This document shows, one piece after another, positions 18,555-27,402 of a stretch of DNA of 64,000 nt (position 1 is the stretch's first letter; the number at the start of each line of letters is the position of its first letter). Location: the IMG/VR virus record IMGVR_UViG_3300037882_001770, positions 253,494 to 317,493 of that record. One strand, written 5' to 3'. The notes beneath the pieces are model-generated. The model did not search any database and was not told where the DNA came from. It worked only from the letters and a program-made list of their open reading frames with translations. The position numbers were made by a program, and so were the translations under genes.

Positions 18555-20942
18555 ATGTTTGCCTTAGACTTATTTAACACGGACCACGAACGTCGCTTAA
18601 CTGAAGGTGCAGTAGATACTTTAGAACAACGTAGAATCGACGACCTAGCTATGAAAATGGACGACCTTGTAGCTCGTGCAAAAGAACCAGCATACAAAAA
18701 AAATCCTGCTGCATTGGCCGCATTAATGAAAGAATTTCAAAAGTGCAAAGATGAGCGTGACAGCTATTACAAGATACGCGAAGCCGTTTGCAGTGAATGT
18801 GGTATGAGCGAAGGACAATGTGGGCACACCAACGAAGCCGGAATTCCGGGCAATATTCCAGTAGAAAAGATTCCAGGCAAGGAAGATCTACTCAAAGGCA
18901 AAGGCCGTAGTTATTACGAAGGCGCCGAAGACTATGCTGAGATCTACAGTCCAGAAGCTATTGCACTAGGAAAAAAATTCTGCGAACACTACAATATCAC
19001 CGACGATACTGATGTGCAATTGGCAGTAGAAATAATTGACAGCTATATTGACGAATTTAAAGCAACCAACACACCAATTGATTTAAAGAAGATACGCAGC
19101 GGAGTAGCTGATGCATTTCGTCAGGTATATCGTGGTATGGGGCCAGGCCCATCATTTCGTAAAAAGTTCCAAGAAGCTCAAAAAAAAAGTCCCGAAACTA
19201 ACCCGTTAGACCAGAAACTACAACGACTCAAGACACAAGCACGTAGACAGTTTCCACGTGCTCACAGTGACGAAGAAGCATTGCTACTCAAACTTCTGGA
19301 CAAAGAGACACAAAACGATCTAGCTAATCGTCGTACAGATGCACGTCAGGATACTGACCTCAAACAAAACTTTGCGTTTGATCAAGAACAAGAAGATGAA
19401 ATTCAGGATCTCCAGGCACAGACCGGTATCAAAGAACACGGTGGCGGCATTGGTCCACGACAGCACTGGCAAGACCTCATGCAAGAGCGTAAATTGTCAC
19501 CAGGCGATCCTGTTGTAGTTACCGGTCCCAACAAGTTTGAAGGCAAGACTGGTGAAATTAGTGAATTCAGTCCAAGTGGTAAGTTTGTAGTAGTTAACTT
19601 GTACAATCACGGTGAACACAGCATGCACCTAAGCGATGTTACTTATAATGAATATGCTGACCAAGATGAAGATGATTGGTACGACGAAGATCAAGTTGAA
19701 GAAGATCAGGGTGCAGGACAAGTGGCTGTAAAGGCCGCAGATGATGCTGTAGTCAATACCATGGGCGAAGGCTGGAGTGATGCTATGCTTGCTCGAAGAA
19801 CAGGCCAACCGCGTACACCTTATTCAGTTTATATCAAGGGCAAGAAGTGGAAAGACTTTGCTAACGATGATCATGCTCGAGCAGTCATGGATAAACTAAA
19901 AGCCAAATTCAAAGCTGAAGGACGTGATCCAAGTGTCATTACTATTGCTCCTACCGATATGTCAGAAGAAGAACAAAAACCAGAATTTGGCCAGTTCCCT
20001 CCAAAGCAGGAAATTACAATTGTTCCTCCAAAGAAATTAAAGTCTGGTGAAACATATCAGGATCGAAACAAATATTGGCAGTCACAGGGTCAAGCACCTA
20101 TCTACAAAACAAACGAAGACACCGATCAAGCTAAACGAGTATTCAAAGACAAAGCCGGACGACCTGTAGGTGAGATTGGTATCGACCCAGAATCAAGCCC
20201 GGGCAATGGCGAGTGGTATGTACATCACTATGCCACAGGTTATAGCGTTGTCGGATTTGACTCGGCCGCTGAAGCCAAACGCGAACTAATGTATGTTCAC
20301 AAGCATCCAGACTCAGTCGAAGGACATCCATCGACAACAGAGCAAGGTGTGGCGGAAGCTGGCACAGATTATTCTAAGCGTCGGCAACGTGAACGTGATG
20401 TTGATTCAGGCAAGCCTGTAGCTCGTCAGCGCCAACCTCGAATGACTGACTATCAACGGCGTCGTGCTCAAGACAAGAAGGACATGGAGTTAGGCGAGGC
20501 ATCTGGCGGAAACTATGAACAAATGAATTATAGAAACAGCCCGACAGATCCTTATGTTGTTTACGACCGAACCATGAAGGCTGTTATCTTAACAACTGAT
20601 TCACTAGAGCAGGCTAAACAAGAAGCTATCGAGTGGGCCGAATATGACGACATTGATGTGTCGGTGATCAGCCGTGCTACTAAAAAATCTATTTTCCGTG
20701 TAAACGGGTATGCCGGTGCAGAAAAATATCTCAACGAAGAGCAAGACACTTCGGGTGTAGAACGTGCTATTTTAAATCGTATCATGGTAGCGCACACAGA
20801 CTTGTTGATGAAGTTTGGTCCTGAAAAAGTCATGCAGGCCGCTGAAGAAGTTGCTTACAACGTAGGCGATGTTGACGAAATTGGCACTAGCGATGTCAGT
20901 GCTTATGTCAATCAAGTCAAACAAATTCTAGGAGTAGTGTAA
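18555..20942 (+). CDS. Large modular protein (includes KOW/SH3-like module)
   Basis: PGDPVVVTGPNKFEGKTGEI KOW motif; CSECG motif; many short modules with Glu-ending linkers. Confidence 0.6.
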   Translation: MFALDLFNTDHERRLTEGAVDTLEQRRIDDLAMKMDDLVARAKEPAYKKNPAALAALMKEFQKCKDERDSYYKIREAVCSECGMSEGQCGHTNEAGIPGNIPVEKIPGKEDLLKGKGRSYYEGAEDYAEIYSPEAIALGKKFCEHYNITDDTDVQLAVEIIDSYIDEFKATNTPIDLKKIRSGVADAFRQVYRGMGPGPSFRKKFQEAQKKSPETNPLDQKLQRLKTQARRQFPRAHSDEEALLLKLLDKETQNDLANRRTDARQDTDLKQNFAFDQEQEDEIQDLQAQTGIKEHGGGIGPRQHWQDLMQERKLSPGDPVVVTGPNKFEGKTGEISEFSPSGKFVVVNLYNHGEHSMHLSDVTYNEYADQDEDDWYDEDQVEEDQGAGQVAVKAADDAVVNTMGEGWSDAMLARRTGQPRTPYSVYIKGKKWKDFANDDHARAVMDKLKAKFKAEGRDPSVITIAPTDMSEEEQKPEFGQFPPKQEITIVPPKKLKSGETYQDRNKYWQSQGQAPIYKTNEDTDQAKRVFKDKAGRPVGEIGIDPESSPGNGEWYVHHYATGYSVVGFDSAAEAKRELMYVHKHPDSVEGHPSTTEQGVAEAGTDYSKRRQRERDVDSGKPVARQRQPRMTDYQRRRAQDKKDMELGEASGGNYEQMNYRNSPTDPYVVYDRTMKAVILTTDSLEQAKQEAIEWAEYDDIDVSVISRATKKSIFRVNGYAGAEKYLNEEQDTSGVERAILNRIMVAHTDLLMKFGPEKVMQAAEEVAYNVGDVDEIGTSDVSAYVNQVKQILGVV

Positions 20943-20943
20943 C

Positions 20944-21048
20944 ATGCCATTATATCGATTCAAACATCCTTCTGATAAGACCTGGATTGAAATTGTAGCC
21001 GAAACTTTTGCCGAGGCATTAACAAAGTTAAAAGAATTGGCTAGATGA
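20944..21048 (+). CDS. Small hypothetical protein (34 aa, not in ORF track)
   Basis: Fills gap exactly; ATGA overlap with next gene. Confidence 0.45.
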   Translation: MPLYRFKHPSDKTWIEIVAETFAEALTKLKELAR

Positions 21049-21680
21049 AGATTAGTGATTTTCAAATTACTGACCACAACAAGTTAGACACCATTCTGGT
21101 ACGTCTTTGCGAAATGGTTGTAGAAGGACAATACAAAAAGAAACTAAATCTTGGTGTGGTAGCAGCTGCGGTTTTGGATCCCAACAACAACTGTGTGGTG
21201 GGCATCAACTATCCCACACAGGACGGACGTCGTGTGCATGGCGAACGTGCGGCTATTGACAGTTATGTAGCTCGGTTTGGAGAGATACCGCCAGGCAGCA
21301 TTATCATCACAACCTGTAGCCCTTGCACCCAATCCATGGACGAACGGTTTGGCATCAATTGTAGTGATCTAGTAGATCAAGTGGGTGTGCATAAAGTGTA
21401 TGCCGGCTACAAAGATCCCACACAGGATTTTGATAATAAACGATATCACATTGAAATTACCCGTAATAAAAAGATACAGGCCTTATGTAAGGCATTTGCC
21501 GACACCTTTTTGGAAGAATCATTAAATGAATTGAGTTTTTTAGGCAGTCCTTGCACTAAAGACTGCTCAGGACATCGTGCTGGTTATGCTTGGAGCCAAA
21601 GCAAAGGCGGTGTAGCAGGAAACAGTCCATTTAGTCCCAGCTTCAATAATGGTGCCAACCTGTTTGTAGCTGGTAAGTAG
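21045..21680 (+). CDS. Zn-dependent cytidine/nucleotide deaminase-like protein with small C-terminal Cys module
   Basis: VHGERAAI (HxE) and SPC...C motifs; C-terminal PCTKDCSGHRAGY module after LNE. Confidence 0.7.
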   Translation: MKISDFQITDHNKLDTILVRLCEMVVEGQYKKKLNLGVVAAAVLDPNNNCVVGINYPTQDGRRVHGERAAIDSYVARFGEIPPGSIIITTCSPCTQSMDERFGINCSDLVDQVGVHKVYAGYKDPTQDFDNKRYHIEITRNKKIQALCKAFADTFLEESLNELSFLGSPCTKDCSGHRAGYAWSQSKGGVAGNSPFSPSFNNGANLFVAGK

Positions 21681-21684
21681 TTGC

Positions 21685-22329
21685 ATGAGTTTCCTGATAG
21701 CCAATATACCACCTGTAAAATGTTTTGTTCGCAGAGAGTTTCTATACAATCACGAACGTGGACACGGTGAGCTTGAGCCCTGCTACTGGGTCACAGCTAA
21801 GGCCATCAAGGGCCAGGCTTTTAGAATAGAGTGCATGCTGACCGAATACGGTGCCTTGTACGATAAATTGCCTATCAGTGCCTATGTATGGAAACCAGTC
21901 GAGCCCGACGCTGTACTGGATCTAGACCACTTGCAGATTTGGGACTGTCTAGGTTATGACATTGCTGTGTTGGAAAAATCAAATCTACGCGGACTCAAGG
22001 TCAAATACTTTGGCAAGGATAAACTGTTTCATTTTGGACAGTATCTGTTTACTATAGATTTTGCTGCACCCGACCATAACAGACTAGACGTTTCATTTAG
22101 TGAAGGCGTACAAGAACACAAGAGTTATAATTTTATTCGCCTGGATAATGGACAATTTGCCTGCCAGCCCAATAATCGTTGCTTGTGGTATGATGTGAGC
22201 CTAGTTCCGGCTGTGTTAAAGACACCCGACTTTAAGATACCCACAGACGTGTACTGCGTGGAGAATCAAGCCAAATGGTCTGCTGGTGGCGACGACTCTT
22301 GGTTTTACCGTGGAACCGAAACATCATGA
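21685..22329 (+). CDS. Hypothetical phage protein
   Basis: 214-aa ORF. Confidence 0.6.
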   Translation: MSFLIANIPPVKCFVRREFLYNHERGHGELEPCYWVTAKAIKGQAFRIECMLTEYGALYDKLPISAYVWKPVEPDAVLDLDHLQIWDCLGYDIAVLEKSNLRGLKVKYFGKDKLFHFGQYLFTIDFAAPDHNRLDVSFSEGVQEHKSYNFIRLDNGQFACQPNNRCLWYDVSLVPAVLKTPDFKIPTDVYCVENQAKWSAGGDDSWFYRGTETS

Positions 22330-22400
22330 ACCAATACCCTGTGTACCCGGAACAACAAGGTGAGGAGGATCGCCCAATCCTTCCATACTCACCTGTTTAA
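22326..22400 (+). CDS. Possible 24-aa peptide
   Basis: ATGA overlap; MNQYPVYPEQQGEEDRPILPYSPV. Confidence 0.3.
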   Translation: MNQYPVYPEQQGEEDRPILPYSPV

Positions 22401-22405
22401 AGAAT

Positions 22406-22492
22406 CACCTTAGGACCGGTACTAGTTACCGTAGGTGTGCCGGCTGCTGGCATGGTCAAAACGATTCGCTACCGTTTAGCCAAAAGTGAGCA
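22406..22492 (+). ncRNA. Candidate structured RNA (three stems plus pseudoknot)
   Basis: CACCT/AGGTG enclosing CGGTA/TACCG; TGCCG/TGGCA; TGGT..AAACG/CGTTT..GCCA; loop TTCGCT can pair with 3' AGTGAG. Confidence 0.5.
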
Positions 22493-22499
22493 ATTTTGT

Positions 22500-22527
22500 T
22501 TGACTTTCTTATTTTATACTGTATAAT
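22500..22527 (+). promoter_or_regulatory. Sigma70-like promoter
   Basis: TTGACT-N16-TATAAT. Confidence 0.55.
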
Positions 22528-22552
22528 AGTAACACTTACTCAGGAGAAATAG

Positions 22553-22816
22553 ATGTCTAACAATCGCGTATTTTCAGCAGATCAAACAACCAAACTTACT
22601 CAAATCATCAATGAAGGCATGCAGGTCATGCATGAAATCGAAACTCTCACTGGCGGACTTAACGACACTATCAAAGCCATTGCAGAAGAAATGGAAATCA
22701 AACCCAATATTCTTAAAAAAGCAATCAAACTTGCACACAAAGCAGAATTTGGACGTGAGCAACAAGACCACGAATTGCTGGAACAAATTTTAGTCACGGT
22801 AGGCAAAACATTATAA
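22553..22816 (+). CDS. Small helical DNA-binding protein (T4 DsbA/GapR-like)
   Basis: 87 aa; IKAIAEEMEIKPNILKKAIKL pattern; AGGAG RBS; directly upstream of polymerase. Confidence 0.5.
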   Translation: MSNNRVFSADQTTKLTQIINEGMQVMHEIETLTGGLNDTIKAIAEEMEIKPNILKKAIKLAHKAEFGREQQDHELLEQILVTVGKTL

Positions 22817-22894
22817 GTACTGTTTTACAACAGTCGAGTCGTTCCCGTAAGGAACATGAATCAAGGTTAGTGGACCATAAGCCACAGGAGAACG

Positions 22895-25552
22895 ATGAGT
22901 TATATTGACGCACTTTTTGATCGTGAACACGATCGCATACATGTAGTTGAACGGCGAGATGGCAAGAGATGCTATCAGGAATATCCGGCCAACTACATTT
23001 TTTATTACGAAGATCCCCGTGGCAAATTTCAAAGCATTTTTGGAACATCAGTCAGCAGATTCAGCACACGCAACAACAAAGAGTTTCGTAAAGAAATTCG
23101 CATACAGTCGGGCAAGAAATTATTTGAATCCGACATTAATCCTGTATTCCGCTGTCTTGAGGACAACTACAAAGGACAAGACGGTCCCAAGTTAAATGTA
23201 GCGTTCTTTGACATTGAGGTCGACTTTGACCCCGAACGTGGCTTTAGTCCAACAACAGATCCATTCAATGCTATCACTGCTATTTCAGTTTATCTGCAGT
23301 GGCTAGAGCAGATGGTCACTCTTGTTGTACCTCCAAAGCATATGAGTCGAGCTACTGCGGATGAAATTGCTCGAGAGTTTGAAAACTGCATTGTGTTTGA
23401 GCGAGAAGAAGAAATGTTAAAAACTTTCTTGGATCTTATCGAAGACGCCGATGCACTTTCAGGCTGGAATAGTGAAGGGTATGATATACCCTACACAATT
23501 AATCGTGTTACCCGTGTTCTGAGCAAAGATGACACCCGTAGATTTTGTTTATGGAACCAATATCCTAAAAAACGCATGTTTGAACGCTTTGGCGCAGAGA
23601 ATGAAACCTATGACTTAATTGGCCGCGTGCATATGGACTATATGCAACTGTATCGCAAATACACCTACGAAGAGCGTCATAGTTATAGTTTGGATGCTAT
23701 TGCTGAATACGAACTCCAAGAAACCAAGACTGTGTTTGAAGGCACCCTGGATCAACTGTACAACCAAAACTTCAAAAAGTTTATTGAATACAACAGGCAA
23801 GATACAATGATTCTGGCCAAGCTAGATAAGAAATTAAAATTCTTAGACCTAGCGAACACACTGGCGCATGAAAACACTGTATTGCTACAAACTACCATGG
23901 GTGCTGTGGCTGTAACTGAGCAGGCCATTATCAATGAGGCACACGAACGTGGTATGGTTGTGCCCAATCGCAAGGAACGCTACAGTGATGAGGACACCCA
24001 GGCCGCCGGAGCTTATGTTGCCTTTCCAAAGAAAGGCATCCACGAATATGTAGGCTCGATAGACATCAATTCATTGTATCCCAGTGCCATTCGTGCGCTT
24101 AACATGGGACCCGAGACTATTGTGGGACAACTAAGACCCATAATGACCGAACGTTACATCAGCGACAAGATGCGTGGTGGGGCCAGCTTTGCAGCGGCGT
24201 GGGAAGGCTTGTTTGGCAGTTTAGAATATGAAGCGGTCATGGCCGCCGAGCCCGGTACAGAGATCACCATAGACTGGCAAGATGGTGAGGAGTCGGTCCA
24301 TAGTGCGGCCGAAGTATGGAAGATAATTTTTGATAGTAACCACCCCTGGATGATCACTGCCAATGGCACTATCTTTACCTATGAAAAAGAAGCAGTTATT
24401 CCTGGCTTGCTAAAACGTTGGTATGCCGAACGTAAAGAGATGCAGGCCAAACTTAAAGAGTGTAAAAATGCGGAAGATGAAGAATATTGGGACAAGCGTC
24501 AACTTGTTAAAAAGATTAACCTCAACAGTCTCTATGGTGCTATTCTTAATCCTGGTTGCCGTTTCTTTGATAAGCGTATTGGTCAGTCCACAACTCTTAC
24601 TGGTCGTGCCATTGCCCGGCACATGGATGCTTATGTAAACGAGTGTATCACAGGCAAATATGATCATGTAGGTGAGTCAATCATCTATGGTGACACTGAT
24701 TCCTGCTATTTTACAGCCTATCCGATTTTACAAAAAGAGATAGAAGCCGGTAACATGACATGGAATCGAGAAATTGCCGTACAACTGTATAATAGCATTT
24801 CTGATCAAGTTAACGATAGCTTTCCGGGCTTTATGGAGCAGGCATTCCATGTTCCACGCGAGATGGGCAATGTGATCAAAGGCGGTCGAGAGATTGTGGC
24901 CAGCAAAGGCTTGTTCATTACCAAAAAACGTTACGCTGTCATGTATTATGACAAAGAAAACAAGCGTGTGGACACACACGGTAGCCCGGGCAAGGTCAAA
25001 GCCATGGGTCTTGATCTCAAACGCAGTGATACTCCTAAGGTCATTCAAGAATTTCTAAGCGAAATCTTAAACGAGGTACTAGTGGGTGCCACACGTGAAA
25101 GTATTATTGAAAAGATTCGCGAGTTCAAATACAAGTTCAAAGAGCGTCCAGGTTGGGAAAAAGGCAGCCCCAAGCGTGTAAATAATTTAACCAAGTATGG
25201 CAAGGAAGAAGAACGTCTAGGCAAAGCCAACATGCCGGGCCATGTCCGTGCAGCACTCAACTGGAACAATCTACGTAGAATGAATAGCGACAAGTACAGC
25301 ATGCAGATTGTCGACGGCATGAAAACTATTGTGTGTAAGTTAAAAGCTAATCCACTAGGTTGGACCAGCATAGGTTACCCCACTGATGAACAACATTTAC
25401 CTCAATGGTTCAAAGAACTGCCGTTTGATGACAGTGAAATGGAAGCCACAGTAGTGGATCAAAAGATCAATAATCTGTTGGGAGTGCTGGAGTGGGATCT
25501 AGCAAGTGCCACCAACACAGAAAACACATTCCAAACCTTGTTTGAGTGGTAA
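22895..25552 (+). CDS. Family B DNA polymerase (T4 gp43-like)
   Basis: Exo motifs FDIEV, GWNSEGYD, YNRQD; polymerase motifs DINSLYPS, KINLNSLYG, YGDTDS. Confidence 0.95.
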   Translation: MSYIDALFDREHDRIHVVERRDGKRCYQEYPANYIFYYEDPRGKFQSIFGTSVSRFSTRNNKEFRKEIRIQSGKKLFESDINPVFRCLEDNYKGQDGPKLNVAFFDIEVDFDPERGFSPTTDPFNAITAISVYLQWLEQMVTLVVPPKHMSRATADEIAREFENCIVFEREEEMLKTFLDLIEDADALSGWNSEGYDIPYTINRVTRVLSKDDTRRFCLWNQYPKKRMFERFGAENETYDLIGRVHMDYMQLYRKYTYEERHSYSLDAIAEYELQETKTVFEGTLDQLYNQNFKKFIEYNRQDTMILAKLDKKLKFLDLANTLAHENTVLLQTTMGAVAVTEQAIINEAHERGMVVPNRKERYSDEDTQAAGAYVAFPKKGIHEYVGSIDINSLYPSAIRALNMGPETIVGQLRPIMTERYISDKMRGGASFAAAWEGLFGSLEYEAVMAAEPGTEITIDWQDGEESVHSAAEVWKIIFDSNHPWMITANGTIFTYEKEAVIPGLLKRWYAERKEMQAKLKECKNAEDEEYWDKRQLVKKINLNSLYGAILNPGCRFFDKRIGQSTTLTGRAIARHMDAYVNECITGKYDHVGESIIYGDTDSCYFTAYPILQKEIEAGNMTWNREIAVQLYNSISDQVNDSFPGFMEQAFHVPREMGNVIKGGREIVASKGLFITKKRYAVMYYDKENKRVDTHGSPGKVKAMGLDLKRSDTPKVIQEFLSEILNEVLVGATRESIIEKIREFKYKFKERPGWEKGSPKRVNNLTKYGKEEERLGKANMPGHVRAALNWNNLRRMNSDKYSMQIVDGMKTIVCKLKANPLGWTSIGYPTDEQHLPQWFKELPFDDSEMEATVVDQKINNLLGVLEWDLASATNTENTFQTLFEW

Positions 25553-25553
25553 C

Positions 25554-26618
25554 ATGAAGCTTAGTGAACTTGTTGCTCTTAAAACTTCGTTAGACCAAAT
25601 GTCGAGTCTTGCCTCTAAAACCGAGGCCGGCCTGGAACTTGGAAAAATTTTACACCTGGTGGAAAATCAAACATTTAGAGTCAGCACATCACTGGAGGAT
25701 CTGCAACGCAAACAAAGTCAGGTCATGCAGTCATTTGATCAGTTTGAACAATCGCTAAATCTACTAACAGTACAGGTTAAACAGCTGATTGAAATTGAGG
25801 AGAAAGAATGGTTTCAAGAAAGTTATCGCTTGTATGAGGAGGAAATGCGCAACGAGCACCATGATTATATTCTTAACCGTCGGCCACAAATTAAACCTGA
25901 GACCACACTTAGAACTAGATTAACAAACTATGCCGATTGGCGCTACCCAGCAATGGTAATCCGACCAGGTCTTGAGGACTTTATCACTGGAATGGTCGGA
26001 TACGATCCATTGTACATTGTTGATTTAAATAGGCACTTGCTAGGCAAAGTTCCTTTTCGATTTCCGCCCGAGTTTCAAAATAGATTACGGCCATATGTAA
26101 TTGACGAAAGTCTCGACCACGAGATTCTCAAACAGGTTCCCGACAATCAGTTTGGCATGTGCCTTGCTTATAACTTTTTTAACTTTAGACCATTGGAATA
26201 CATTAAAAAGTATCTAACAGAGATATATGTTAAGCTACGACCCGGTGGCGTGTTGATCATGACCTATAACGATTGCGATCGTGTGCCAGGAGTTATCTTG
26301 GCCGAACAACGATATGCTTGCTATACTCCTGGGACATTGGTTGCTCAATTGGCTGAAAACATTGGATACGATCGTGCGTTTACCTGGAACGACAGCGGAC
26401 CAATGACTTTTTTAGAGATACGCAAACCCGGTGAACTGTCATCAATGCGCGGAGGTCAAACTTTGGCCAAACCGTTGACACGACCGCCTATGACACCAGC
26501 CGAAGAGTTGGCTAATCTACGAAAACGAGCAATCGAGTTACAACTGGACACTCCAGACAAGATTAGGTATGGATATTCGTTGGAAAAATTAAGAGCATTA
26601 ATCAAACATAAAAAATAA
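25554..26618 (+). CDS. Coiled-coil plus class I SAM methyltransferase-like domain
   Basis: EIYVKLRPGGVLIM motif; SAM-binding motif I degenerate; start re-assigned to MKLSEL. Confidence 0.5.
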   Translation: MKLSELVALKTSLDQMSSLASKTEAGLELGKILHLVENQTFRVSTSLEDLQRKQSQVMQSFDQFEQSLNLLTVQVKQLIEIEEKEWFQESYRLYEEEMRNEHHDYILNRRPQIKPETTLRTRLTNYADWRYPAMVIRPGLEDFITGMVGYDPLYIVDLNRHLLGKVPFRFPPEFQNRLRPYVIDESLDHEILKQVPDNQFGMCLAYNFFNFRPLEYIKKYLTEIYVKLRPGGVLIMTYNDCDRVPGVILAEQRYACYTPGTLVAQLAENIGYDRAFTWNDSGPMTFLEIRKPGELSSMRGGQTLAKPLTRPPMTPAEELANLRKRAIELQLDTPDKIRYGYSLEKLRALIKHKK

Positions 26619-26627
26619 CCAAAACAG

Positions 26628-26656
26628 TTGCAAAATCTAAATAAACCCAGTATAAT
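26628..26656 (+). promoter_or_regulatory. Sigma70-like promoter with TAAATA in spacer
   Basis: TTGCAA-N17-TATAAT. Confidence 0.55.
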
Positions 26657-26675
26657 CAAACACAAGGAGAATTAC

Positions 26676-27398
26676 ATGAGAGATCATCTTTTAGACTTAG
26701 TAGAACACACGTTAAAATTAGGCTGTATTGACCTGGTTAAAATTACAGGCGACGACAAGTCAACTGTTATTAGCGGACTTGCTGAAGACCGCAGCGTAGT
26801 AGTAGAAGGTCAATACGCTGGACCGGTAGCAGAGTTTATTGGCACGTTTGGTATGCCAAACTTGACCAAACTTAATATTTTATTAAACTTGCAAGAGTAC
26901 AAGGATAATGCCAAACTCACAGTTACACGCAAAGACACTGGTGCTCCGGACGGTATCAATTTTGAAAACGCATCCGGCGACTTCAAAAACAACTATCGTT
27001 TTATGGCGGCCGAAATTGTCAACGAAAAACTTAAAACAGTCAAGTTTAAAGGTGTAAACTGGAATATCGAATTTGAACCTAGTGTTGCAAGTATTCAGCG
27101 TTTAAAAATGCAAGCACAAGCAAACATCGAAGAACTCAACTTTCAAGCCAAAACAGAAAATGGTGACTTGAAGTTTGTGTTTGGTGACCACAGTACCCAC
27201 TCGGGTAATTTTGTATTCCAGACCGGTGTACAAGGACAACTCAAACGTGCATGGTCATGGCCTATCAAGACTGTAATCAGTATTCTTGATTTAACTGGCG
27301 ACAAAACATTTAAAATCAGTGATGACGGTGCCGCAATGATTACTGTTAACTCAGGTCTAGCAACTTATAACTATATTCTCCCAGCACAGTCTAAATAA
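26676..27398 (+). CDS. Sliding clamp (gp45/PCNA-like)
   Basis: ~240 aa two-domain pattern, FKISDDGAAMITV...YNYILPA C-terminus; near polymerase; AAGGAG RBS. Confidence 0.65.
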   Translation: MRDHLLDLVEHTLKLGCIDLVKITGDDKSTVISGLAEDRSVVVEGQYAGPVAEFIGTFGMPNLTKLNILLNLQEYKDNAKLTVTRKDTGAPDGINFENASGDFKNNYRFMAAEIVNEKLKTVKFKGVNWNIEFEPSVASIQRLKMQAQANIEELNFQAKTENGDLKFVFGDHSTHSGNFVFQTGVQGQLKRAWSWPIKTVISILDLTGDKTFKISDDGAAMITVNSGLATYNYILPAQSK

Positions 27399-27402
27399 GT
27401 TA

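Noticed and set aside
22406-22492. Hammerhead or twister ribozyme assignment
   Set aside because: No CUGANGA/GAAA core; the minus-strand GGTCCTAAG resembles twister only partially. Left as an unclassified structured RNA.
22895-25552. Intein or intron in the DNA polymerase
   Set aside because: Continuous 885-aa ORF with normally ordered motifs and no splicing signatures.
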